Shown: positions 8,282-16,485, counted from the stretch's first letter. The stretch: DNA of 34,349 nt from an uncultured Muribaculaceae bacterium (GCA_964418205.1 CAYQKO010000002.1:1-34349), one strand, 5' to 3'. Made by a program: numbers and translations. The notes: generated from the sequence alone by a model not told the origin.

Positions 8282-8592
8282 TCTATCATACTTTCTAATA
8301 TATTTATATTTTCCCCTATGATATCTTTAAAATTTGCACCTAAAACTTCTTTTATTTTTTCAAATTTTGATATAAAATCACGATAATCTAGTAAGAACAA
8401 GTCTAGAAAATAAATCACAATATCCTTTATATAATCTATTTGGTTTTGTTTTAAATCGTTTATAATATTTAAAAAGTTTTTTTCTTTTAATTTGTTTAAA
8501 ATTGTTGGTTCATATGTATTTATAATTTCGTTTATTTCTTCCTCATTTAAATACTTTTCTAAAAAATTCATAGCGTAGAACTTCCTTTCCAT
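8278..8592 (-). CDS. small hypothetical helical protein (97-104 aa) translationally coupled to prmC
   Basis: Open frame from the ORF track. An AAGGAAG SD lies 9 nt upstream of Met8 (8571), so the true start may be 8571. It has an ATGA stop/start overlap with prmC. The sequence is I/L/N/E-rich, has a helical-repeat-like periodicity, and no motif I can name. Confidence 0.5.
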   Translation of the reverse strand: MERKFYAMNFLEKYLNEEEINEIINTYEPTILNKLKEKNFLNIINDLKQNQIDYIKDIVIYFLDLFLLDYRDFISKFEKIKEVLGANFKDIIGENINILESMIE

Positions 8593-8615
8593 TTGTCTTG
8601 CCTAACCAATTCTTT

Positions 8616-9023
8616 TTAATCAATATTGTATTTTTTTCTCAATACACAAGGTGCAACATTAAATATCGGATTTAATTTTTCATCTATAACTAAGGATAAT
8701 TCATTCTCGGCCAGATAATTTATTAAAGCAATCATTTGAATTCTAGATTTTCTAAGAACACTGTTAGTTATAAAATTTCAAGATTATATTCTTCTAATGT
8801 TTCAATATCTTCTTGAATTCTTTGAGTACTAATATTCCAAATACTTGAACTTAACAAATGACGATAGATATATTCATCTTTCTCATCTTTTTTCTCTCAC
8901 TGTGGTAAATCTAGAATTTTTATGACCTCATTATAACTTCTTAATGTTATACGCTCACAATAAAGATGTTCTAAATTTCTTCTTTTTAATTTTTTTTATT
9001 TTAACTATCTCATCAGGCAACAT
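8616..9023 (-). pseudogene. decayed gene (about 135 codons) between prfA and the small ORF
   Basis: A strong AAAGGAGAA SD lies 8 nt upstream of the ATG at 9023. The frame reads MLPDEIVKIKK.., breaks at an A8 run, and continues in a second frame (..EHLYCERITLRSYNEVIKILDLPQ). It then hits an in-frame TGA and continues (EKKDEKDEYIYRHLLSSSIWNISTQRIQEDIETLEEYNLEIL). It shifts again near a T4 run into TNSVLRKSRIQMIALINYLAENELSLVIDEKLNPIFNVAPCVLRKKYNID*. Three lesions in 408 nt argue for real decay rather than a single sequencing error. Confidence 0.55.
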
Positions 9024-9110
9024 ATTGCTTTTTCTCCTTTGTGAATTTTATTATACACATAATCTATGTTTTACACAAGAAAAAAAGTTATACTGATTTG
9101 TATGTATAAC

Positions 9111-10166
9111 TTATTCTGTTGCTAATTTTCTTTTTAAGTCTTCTGTTATTAAAGCATCAATGATTGGTTCTAAATCGCCATCCATAACTCTGTCTAAAGA
9201 CATAATGGAAAATCCTATTCGATGATCTGTTACACGATTTTGTGGATAATTATAGGTTCTAATTTTTTCAGAACGATCTCCTGTACCAATTTTACTCTTT
9301 CTTTCAAATCCAACGGATTGTTCTTTTTCTTGTTGTAAATGATCGTATAATTTTATTTTTAATACTTTCATTGCTCTTTCTTTGTTCTTTAGTTGACTTC
9401 TTTCATTTTGACATGTTACTACTGTATTTGTTGGTAAGTGAGTAATTCGAACTGCTGAATTGGATGTGTTAACGGATTGACCACCAGCTCCACTGGAATG
9501 ATATACATCAATCTTTAAATCACTTTCTTTGATTTCTATATCCACATCGTCTACTTCAGGCATAACTAAAACGGTTGCTGTGGAAGTGTGAACTCTTCCT
9601 TGTGTTTCTGTGACAGGAACCCTTTGAACACGATGAGCACCACTTTCGTATTTTAGTTTTGAATAAACATTTTCACCCTTAATGGTACATTCCACTTGTG
9701 AAAAACCTCCTGAGGAGCCTTCTACTGCATGATCTATTTCAAGTTTCCAACCATTTTTCTCAGCATAATATGTATACATCCGTAATAAGTCACCGGCGAA
9801 AATATTTGCTTCATCACCACCCGCTGCACCTCGAATCTCCATAATAATATTTTTTCCGTCGTTTTCATCTTTTGGAATCAACATGATTTCTAACTCATTA
9901 TTCAATTGTTTTATTCTTTCGGTATTTTCCATAATTTCTAGTTCAGCCATTTCTTTAAACTCAGAATCATTTACAAGAACTTTTGCTTCTTCTATATTTT
10001 TTTCACAAGTTTCTAGTTCTTCATATTTTTGAACCATTTCTTTTAAATCACTTTGTTCTTTGGAAAGTGTTTTTATTTTGTTAAAATCACTCATAATTTC
10101 TGGTTTCATCAATTCTTCTGTGACTTCTTTATAACGTGCTTTAATACTTTCTAGTTTTTCTTTCAT
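9111..10166 (-). CDS. prfA: peptide chain release factor 1
   Basis: 351 aa with the RF1 tripeptide anticodon PVT (RVPVTETQGR) and the GGQ motif (SSGAGGQSVNT). Confidence 0.95.
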   Translation of the reverse strand: MKEKLESIKARYKEVTEELMKPEIMSDFNKIKTLSKEQSDLKEMVQKYEELETCEKNIEEAKVLVNDSEFKEMAELEIMENTERIKQLNNELEIMLIPKDENDGKNIIMEIRGAAGGDEANIFAGDLLRMYTYYAEKNGWKLEIDHAVEGSSGGFSQVECTIKGENVYSKLKYESGAHRVQRVPVTETQGRVHTSTATVLVMPEVDDVDIEIKESDLKIDVYHSSGAGGQSVNTSNSAVRITHLPTNTVVTCQNERSQLKNKERAMKVLKIKLYDHLQQEKEQSVGFERKSKIGTGDRSEKIRTYNYPQNRVTDHRIGFSIMSLDRVMDGDLEPIIDALITEDLKRKLATE

Positions 10167-10190
10167 TTTTTTGGACTCCCTTTCTATTTT

Positions 10191-10619
10191 TTACATAGAG
10201 TCATCTTCGTCAATTACTACTAAATCTTTTAAATCGTTTTCGTTGTCATCATCCACGTCGTCTTCATAGAAGTCATCGTCAATGCTTGGTTCTTCTTCCT
10301 CTTCTTCTTCTGGAGTGACTTCTACTTCTTCTTCAAAATCATCATCTTCTTCAATCACTAATTTTTCACTGTGACGACTTTTTAAATCCCAGTAGCCATT
10401 GTCTAACATAATAAATTTTTTATCTGTAGTTAGAATTTCAAAAAAATCGGCAATTAAATTTTCAAAATCGGCTTCTGATAAACCTTTTGTTTCACATACT
10501 TTATGAAATAAATCGTTTATTTTCATTTTTTTCTTTGTTTCTTCTAAAATCATATAAGCTAGATCATCATATCCTAATGTTTCTACTTCCTCTACAGTTA
10601 ATTCTTTTATTTTTTTCAT
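10191..10619 (-). CDS. rpoE: DNA-directed RNA polymerase delta subunit
   Basis: It has an N-terminal HARE-HTH-like domain (YDDLAYMILEE...DFFEILTTDKKFIMLDNGYWDLK) followed by a long D/E-only acidic tail. This architecture is unique to RpoE of Bacilli, Erysipelotrichia and Mollicutes. Confidence 0.88.
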   Translation of the reverse strand: MKKIKELTVEEVETLGYDDLAYMILEETKKKMKINDLFHKVCETKGLSEADFENLIADFFEILTTDKKFIMLDNGYWDLKSRHSEKLVIEEDDDFEEEVEVTPEEEEEEEPSIDDDFYEDDVDDDNENDLKDLVVIDEDDSM

Positions 10620-10622
10620 TTT

Positions 10623-12305
10623 TTACATCCTTTCTGGTATTTTCATACTTAATAAGTCTAACATATCCTTGATTATATTATTAGATAATGTTAATAAAAT
10701 CAACCAATTTTCTTTTTTATTTTTTTCTTCTAGATTATTAATATGATTGTTTTCATAAAATGCATTCGTACATACACACAATTCATATAAATAATTGGCA
10801 ATCAAAGATGGCAATCGATTGGTTACAGCATAATTAAATGTATTTTCTAATTCTATTATTTTTAATCTTAGGTCTCTATCTTCTTTATTATATATAATTT
10901 TATTTAAAACATTTTTTGTTAAATCTTCTTTTTCTAAAACACGATTTACTCTTAAATAAGTGTATAAAATGTAAGGTCCAGTTTTTCCGTTTACTAAAGA
11001 AAATTTGTTTAAGTCAAATATATAATCTTTTTCTCGGTTATTTTGCAAGTCAGCAAATTTAATGATAGCGTTGGTTAATATGTCTAAGTCATTTTCTTGC
11101 ATGTTCGTATTTTTTTCACTTGAACTTAGGAATGTTTCTTTGGTTTCTTTGAAAAGATAGTCTAATTTAGGATTATTTCCTTCTCTTGTTTTAAATGGTT
11201 TCCCGTCTTTACCGTTTACGGTTCCAAATCCTAAAAATTCTAACTTAGGTTGATAGGATAATAATTCACATACGCGAAAGACAGATTCAAAGTGTAGGCC
11301 TTGACGATAATCTGCTACATAGAGAATTCGATTTGGATTATAATCTTCTATTCTTTGTTTAATGGTTCCTAAATCGGTTGTTCCATATAAATAAGCACCA
11401 TTTTGTTTTTGATAGATAAGTGGAGGTACTTCTTTTGCATCTTCTTCTTTTTTGACATTTACAATTTTGGCACCTTCGCTTGACTCTAATAAATTTTTTT
11501 CTTCTAAATCCCTTGTTACTTTTTCTATATAAGGATAGGCATCTGATTCACCGTACCAATAGTCAAAGGATACATCTAAGTAATCATAGATTCTTTTAAT
11601 GTCTTTTTGAGATACTTCTTTTATTTTTTTAAAGTATTCTTGATATTCTGTGTTTCCATCTTGCATTTCTTTTGTAATATTCGCACATTGTTCTTTGATT
11701 TCTTCGTTTTCTTTACAAAGTCCGCTCATATTGGGATATATTTCTTCTAAATCTTCTAAGGTGATTTCGTTGGGCAAAATGTTTTTTTCTTTTAATCCAT
11801 AGATTACTTGACCAATTTGCAAGCCATAATCTCCAAGGTGAACATCTGCGATAACTTTATGCCCTTGATATTTTAACATTCTTTTAATGGATTCACCAAC
11901 GATAGCACTTCTTAAATGACCTACATGAAGTGGTTTTGCAATGTTTGGACCGCCATAGTCAATGACAATGGTTTCTCTTTCAGGCATGGTAATATTAAAT
12001 TTTTCTTTTTGAATCATTTGATTTAAACAGCTATTTATAAATTCGTCACTTAAAGTAAAGTTAATAAATCCTGGAGGTAAAACTTCTATTTTTTTAAAAT
12101 ACGATTGTTTTTCTAATTTCGAAAGAATTTGATTTCCAATTTCTAATGGATTTTTATGATAAATTTTAGCAAGACGAAAAGCTCCATCAAATTGGTAATC
12201 ACATAAATCTTTACGGTTGGAAACTATTACATTTATCTTTTCTAATGGCATTTGTAATTCTTTTAATATGTCGTCTAATATTTTTTCAATTTTCTTTGTA
12301 ATCAT
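10623..12305 (-). CDS. argS: arginine--tRNA ligase
   Basis: About 560 aa with the class I HIGH motif (PLHVGHLRS), the ArgRS N-terminal domain and a C-terminal DALR anticodon-binding region. An AGGTG SD precedes the ATG at 12305; the track start at 12314 is GTG within the SD. Confidence 0.93.
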   Translation of the reverse strand: MITKKIEKILDDILKELQMPLEKINVIVSNRKDLCDYQFDGAFRLAKIYHKNPLEIGNQILSKLEKQSYFKKIEVLPPGFINFTLSDEFINSCLNQMIQKEKFNITMPERETIVIDYGGPNIAKPLHVGHLRSAIVGESIKRMLKYQGHKVIADVHLGDYGLQIGQVIYGLKEKNILPNEITLEDLEEIYPNMSGLCKENEEIKEQCANITKEMQDGNTEYQEYFKKIKEVSQKDIKRIYDYLDVSFDYWYGESDAYPYIEKVTRDLEEKNLLESSEGAKIVNVKKEEDAKEVPPLIYQKQNGAYLYGTTDLGTIKQRIEDYNPNRILYVADYRQGLHFESVFRVCELLSYQPKLEFLGFGTVNGKDGKPFKTREGNNPKLDYLFKETKETFLSSSEKNTNMQENDLDILTNAIIKFADLQNNREKDYIFDLNKFSLVNGKTGPYILYTYLRVNRVLEKEDLTKNVLNKIIYNKEDRDLRLKIIELENTFNYAVTNRLPSLIANYLYELCVCTNAFYENNHINNLEEKNKKENWLILLTLSNNIIKDMLDLLSMKIPERM

Positions 12306-12672
12306 TTTTTTCACCTTCTAATTCAATGTATACTTCTGTTTCGTCATCATCCGTCTCTATAAAGTATTTAAGGTCTATTACATTTTTTTCTTTCAATAGA
12401 TTAGCATACTCTACTTGAACTTGCAAGTAGTATTTTTCTTTTTTTAGAGTTATTTCACATTGTTTCTTTGCAAAGTCTAAGAAAAAAGCATATTCGTCAT
12501 TCTCTCGTGTAAATTCTTTTTTTTCTAAATCAATTTTATGAAGCATATTTTGCCATTCAAAAATTAAGACATTATTATTTAAATAGTATGGGATTCTTTC
12601 TTCTATTACTTCACCTTTTTTGATTAATTTACATTTTAACTCCAAAAAAATCACCTCTTTTTTCCGGTACAT
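12286..12672 (-). CDS. DUF1934 / YwiB-like small beta-barrel protein
   Basis: It overlaps the argS start by about 20 nt, matching the conserved ywiB-argS pairing of B. subtilis. The beta-strand-rich pattern is consistent with DUF1934. The likely true start is TTG at 12645, 5 nt after a GAGGTGA SD. Confidence 0.5.
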   Translation of the reverse strand: MYRKKEVIFLELKCKLIKKGEVIEERIPYYLNNNVLIFEWQNMLHKIDLEKKEFTRENDEYAFFLDFAKKQCEITLKKEKYYLQVQVEYANLLKEKNVIDLKYFIETDDDETEVYIELEGEKNDYKEN

Positions 12673-12764
12673 TATATCATAGTTTACATCTAAAACAAAT
12701 AAATTTTAAATAAAAACTATATATTACCAAAGATTCCTCGAAACAATTTATTACAATGAGAAAG

Positions 12765-12793
12765 TTGCTGTTTTCTGGATGATATTCTATATT
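12765..12793 (+). promoter_or_regulatory. candidate sigma-A promoter for the PBP gene
   Basis: TTGCTG (12765-12770), a 17-nt spacer, then TATATT (12788-12793), about 60 nt upstream of the start codon. The AT-rich context makes chance matches likely. Confidence 0.3.
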
Positions 12794-12852
12794 TTACTTA
12801 TTTTTTATTATATTTTTTTTATTTTTCTTCATATTAATATCAGGTGAATTTC

Positions 12853-14781
12853 ATGAAAATATTAAAATTCCTATTTAGAATTGGTTTGTTTGGTGTTTTG
12901 TCGTGTTTTGTTTTACTTATTGGTATTTACGTATATGCTTTTTTTTCACCAAAATTGGAGCTTAAAAATATGGGAAAAATTTTTATATACGATAGTGAGG
13001 AAAGTCTAATTTATCAAGGTTCTGGTTCTAATGAATGGATAAGTCTAGATGATATATCAGATTATTTAAAAAATGCTGTTATTAGTGTGGAAGATAAAAA
13101 TTTCTATCATCATTTTGGATTTGATGTTTTAAGAATTGCTAAGGCTTTTTTCACTAATTTACAATATAATACTAGGCAAGGAGCTTCCACTATTTCTCAA
13201 CAGTATATTAAAAATATGTTTTTAACTTTTGATCAAACTTGGTCAAGGAAAATAAAGGAAGCTTTTTTAACAATTGAATTAGAGGTACATTATAGTAAAG
13301 ATAATATTCTTGAAGGATATTTAAATACAATCAATTATGGAGAAGGTAATTATGGAATTGAAGATGCTAGTAAATATTATTTTAATAAAAGTAGCAAGGA
13401 TTTAACTTTAGAAGAAGCAATTATGTTAGCTGGAATTCCGAAAAATCCAAGTAATTTTAATCCAGTAAGTGATTATGATGCATGCATTGAAAGGGCTTGG
13501 GTAGTTGCTGATTCTATGTTAAAAAATGATTATATTTCCGAAGAAGAATATAATAATCTATTTCAAAAAAAAATTGAAATTTATGGTAAACGTACTGAAA
13601 ATAATTCGCAAATGATTTTGTATTATCAAGATGCTGTTTTAAAAGAACTTGAAACGATTCAATCCGTTCCGACATCTCTTTTAGAATCCGGAGGTCTAAA
13701 AATTTATACTACTTTAGATATGAATGCTCAGACAAAAATGGAAGAGTCGATTTTAAGCTATATGGAAAATCAAGATGAACTTCAAGTTGCTAGTATACTG
13801 ATTGATCCGAATACAGGAGCAGTTTTGGCGTTATCGGGAGGTTTAAATTATGCCAAAAGTCAATATAATCGTGCAACTTCATCGAAACGTCAAGTTGGAA
13901 GTACGATGAAACCCTTTCTTTATTATGCTGCATTAGAAAATGGTCTTGTTTCTTCTTCTACTTTTAAAAGTGAAGCCACTACTTTTCACTTTGCTAATAA
14001 TCAAGTATATTCTCCGAGCAATTATAATCAAATTTATGGAAATAAGGATATTACTATGGCCGCGGCGATTGCTTATTCTGATAACATTTATGCGGTGAAA
14101 ACACATTTGTTTTTAGGAACAGATGTGTTAGTTCATACAGCTAATTTAGTAGGAATACAAGAAGATTTAATAGGAAATCCGTCTTTAGCTTTAGGCACTA
14201 GTGAACTTAATATGCTGGATTTCGCACATGGCTATACGACACTTGCTAGTGGAGGAGATGAAAAAGAAATTTATTTTATTGAAAAAGTAGAAGATTTAGA
14301 TGGAAATATACTATATGAACATAAAACAAAACATAATTATGTTTTAAACAGTAATTATGTGTATATATTAAATGAGATGATGACAAACACTACAAATGCA
14401 ACTTTTACGGATTATACTACTCCTACAGCTCTTTCTTTAGCTAGTCGTATGACTAGAAAATATGCTCTTAAAACTGGAACAACAAATACGGATTCTTGGA
14501 GTGTTGGATATACTCCTGGTTTGCTTATGCTTGTCTGGGTAGGAAATGATGATGCGAAAGAAATTGATAGTACTGCTAGTTATTATTCTAAGAATATTTG
14601 GTTGGATACAATGGAAAAGGTTTTAGAAGGCACTGAAGATAATTGGTATGACAAACCTCAAAATGTAATTGGACTTATAAAAAATGGAATTACGGGAGAA
14701 AGTAATTCTACTCAAAATAATACCATTTTCTATTATGTAAAGGGATCTGAAGTTCTTAGTGTTAGTAATACTTCTGAATAG
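12853..14781 (+). CDS. class A penicillin-binding protein (bifunctional GT51 transglycosylase / transpeptidase)
   Basis: It has an N-terminal TM anchor. GT51 motifs are EDKNFYHHFGFD, GASTISQQY and RKIKEAFLTIELE. Transpeptidase motifs are STMKP (SxxK), YSDN (SxN) and KTGTT. An AGGTGA SD lies 5-6 nt upstream of the ATG at 12853. It is the only plus-strand gene left of oriC. Confidence 0.9.
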   Translation: MKILKFLFRIGLFGVLSCFVLLIGIYVYAFFSPKLELKNMGKIFIYDSEESLIYQGSGSNEWISLDDISDYLKNAVISVEDKNFYHHFGFDVLRIAKAFFTNLQYNTRQGASTISQQYIKNMFLTFDQTWSRKIKEAFLTIELEVHYSKDNILEGYLNTINYGEGNYGIEDASKYYFNKSSKDLTLEEAIMLAGIPKNPSNFNPVSDYDACIERAWVVADSMLKNDYISEEEYNNLFQKKIEIYGKRTENNSQMILYYQDAVLKELETIQSVPTSLLESGGLKIYTTLDMNAQTKMEESILSYMENQDELQVASILIDPNTGAVLALSGGLNYAKSQYNRATSSKRQVGSTMKPFLYYAALENGLVSSSTFKSEATTFHFANNQVYSPSNYNQIYGNKDITMAAAIAYSDNIYAVKTHLFLGTDVLVHTANLVGIQEDLIGNPSLALGTSELNMLDFAHGYTTLASGGDEKEIYFIEKVEDLDGNILYEHKTKHNYVLNSNYVYILNEMMTNTTNATFTDYTTPTALSLASRMTRKYALKTGTTNTDSWSVGYTPGLLMLVWVGNDDAKEIDSTASYYSKNIWLDTMEKVLEGTEDNWYDKPQNVIGLIKNGITGESNSTQNNTIFYYVKGSEVLSVSNTSE

Positions 14782-14882
14782 TTTATTAAAGATGTCCTTT
14801 ATATATTTTCCAAGCTAATTTTTTTTTACTTTGTTATTTATTTTTCATGTTTTTTTTCCTTTTCAATAAAAAACGATTTGCA

Positions 14883-16103
14883 TCACTGCGAATCATTTTC
14901 TTTTATATTTATTGTCATTTGATAATTTTCTGATAAATCTAATTCTTCTAGTGAAATTTTAAATCCTCGTGTTTTTAAAGTTTTCACTAAATCTCTTACT
15001 TCATTAATGGCAGTTTTTAAGTCTAGCCCAGCTTTTTCTTCTTCTATTTTGGTATAATTTGGATCTAATTTTATGACTGCATCCATGGGATCTACTATTT
15101 CTTCTTGAGGTGTGTTTTTTATTTCTTCTATTTTGTTTTCTGCTGAAGTAGAATTTGTATCAAAGAAGAATGGCATTATTGTATCTTCTTCCTTTGTTTT
15201 TACATCAGATTGATTTTTCGTATCTGGAGTAGAACTCTCGAAATCATCTAATACTTCTACTGTAGTCTCTTCTAATGGACCTCCTAAATTTGAATTGATT
15301 GTCATATTCATGTTTGCAGCTTCATCTTCCAAGAAATTGAAGAATTTGTTTGGAACTGTTTTTTGTTCTATTGGTTGTTCTTCTATCACTGGGACATTGA
15401 CTGGTTCTGTAGGTTTTTCCTTTTTATTTATATCACTGGCATTATTGATCATTGTTTGAATATCTGGTGATGCAGATACTAAGGGAATTTCTTCCATTTG
15501 TTCTCCTTTCGCTTTTTTTATTTCTAAGTCTAGTTGCCTTACAGTTAATCTTTTTGAAATAATTTTTTGAAGCCATTCTGGTTGTTCTGATTTAGGTAAT
15601 GTAAGTAAACTTCTTGCATGTCTTTCACTTATTTTTTCTTGAAGTAAGGCATCTTGAACTTCAGGAGCTAAGTTTAATAATCTTAATTTATTTGCTATAG
15701 AACTTTGACTTACACCCATTTTTTCGGCTAATTGCTCCTGTGTCATATATCCTCTATCTAATAGATTTTTATAGGATTTTGCTTCTTCAATTGGAGTTAA
15801 ATTTCTTCTCTGAATATTTTCTACTAAAGCAATCTCGGCACTTTTGTTATCATCTATGTCTGAAATTATTGCAGGAACAGTCCTTAGCCCAGCCATTGTT
15901 GCAGCTTTATAACGTCTTTCTCCAGCTATAATTTCATATTTATCTTCAAGTCTTCTTAGTACTAAAGGTTGAATGATACCATGTTGCTTAATTGATTCTG
16001 ATAATTCTTTTAATCCTTCTTCATCAAAAGCTAATCGTGGTTGGAATCGATTTGGAATGATATCTTCAATTGGAACTTGAACTACCTTTTGTTCTGTATT
16101 CAC
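14883..16103 (-). CDS. noc: ParB-family protein of the Noc type with a roughly 150-aa acidic low-complexity insert
   Basis: It has the ParB N-domain (PNRFQPR, GIIQPLVLRR, IIAGERRYKAA) and an HTH region QSSIANKLRLL plus ISERHARSLL. These match B. subtilis Noc (QSTIANKLRLL / ITERHARALI) rather than Spo0J (RPHIANHLRLL / MGHGRTLL). The C-terminus LKTAINEVRDLVKTLKTRGFKISLEELDLSENYQMTINIK resembles the Noc C-terminal domain. It starts at GTG with an AAGGGG SD 9 nt upstream. It is adjacent to rsmG, as noc is in B. subtilis. Confidence 0.75.
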   Translation of the reverse strand: MNTEQKVVQVPIEDIIPNRFQPRLAFDEEGLKELSESIKQHGIIQPLVLRRLEDKYEIIAGERRYKAATMAGLRTVPAIISDIDDNKSAEIALVENIQRRNLTPIEEAKSYKNLLDRGYMTQEQLAEKMGVSQSSIANKLRLLNLAPEVQDALLQEKISERHARSLLTLPKSEQPEWLQKIISKRLTVRQLDLEIKKAKGEQMEEIPLVSASPDIQTMINNASDINKKEKPTEPVNVPVIEEQPIEQKTVPNKFFNFLEDEAANMNMTINSNLGGPLEETTVEVLDDFESSTPDTKNQSDVKTKEEDTIMPFFFDTNSTSAENKIEEIKNTPQEEIVDPMDAVIKLDPNYTKIEEEKAGLDLKTAINEVRDLVKTLKTRGFKISLEELDLSENYQMTINIKENDSQ

Positions 16104-16139
16104 TAAAATCAGCCCCTTACCGCTTATTTTCTATAATAT

Positions 16140-16168
16140 ATTCTATCAATTTTTTTCGATTTAAGCAA
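16140..16168 (-). promoter_or_regulatory. candidate sigma-A promoter for the noc-like gene
   Basis: The minus strand reads TTGCTT (16168-16163), a 17-nt spacer, then TAGAAT (16145-16140), about 35 nt upstream of the GTG start. Confidence 0.4.
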
Positions 16169-16230
16169 TATCAATTTCGTGTTTTTTAATTTACCATACC
16201 ATTCGTATTTTGTTTTTTATATTTATTTTC

Positions 16231-16279
16231 TAATAAAAAGAATACTATTTGTCTTTCTTATGGTTTTAATAGTATTCTT
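16231..16279 (-). terminator. 12-bp perfect inverted repeat, candidate terminator for the mnmE-mnmG-rsmG unit
   Basis: AAGAATACTATT (16238-16249) pairs with AATAGTATTCTT (16268-16279) across an 18-nt loop. On the minus strand the hairpin is followed by TTTTATTA. It lies about 200 nt downstream of the rsmG stop. Confidence 0.4.
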
Positions 16280-16409
16280 AAACTTACAGTCTATCTGATA
16301 AATAGACAAACATGTTGTAACATACTTATCTTTTTTTAGATATGTTATTTAATAGTTATAGACTAGAAAAACACAAGAATAACGATTTTGATTGTACTAA
16401 CTGATAACT

Positions 16410-16450
16410 GGAAAGAGTTTTATATTGGTGAAGATTTTTTCACTCTTTCT
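16410..16450. repeat. inverted repeat just downstream of rsmG with a competing inner hairpin
   Basis: GGAAAGAGT (16410-16418) pairs with ACTCTTTCT (16442-16450): 8 Watson-Crick pairs plus one G-U. Inside is a small alternative hairpin GTGAA-GATTTT-TTCAC that overlaps the outer 3' arm by 2 nt, so the two stems are alternatives. No U-run follows. Confidence 0.35.
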
Positions 16451-16485
16451 TCCTACATCAATCTTTTCTATTGTCATCCTTTCCA

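Noticed and set aside
8616-9023. The in-frame TGA in the decayed gene might indicate genetic code 4 (TGA = Trp), as in Mollicutes relatives.
   Set aside because: dnaA and yidC terminate at TGA at their expected C-termini. The region also contains a TAA stop and two frameshifts. Code 11 with a pseudogene is the simpler reading.
12673-12843. A possible T-box leader upstream of ywiB-argS, suggested by a GGTAC-containing stretch near 12661-12672.
   Set aside because: The spacer is only about 170 nt. It has no recognisable T-box sequence (AATTAGGGTGGTACCGCG-like), no specifier or antiterminator architecture, and is almost pure A/T.
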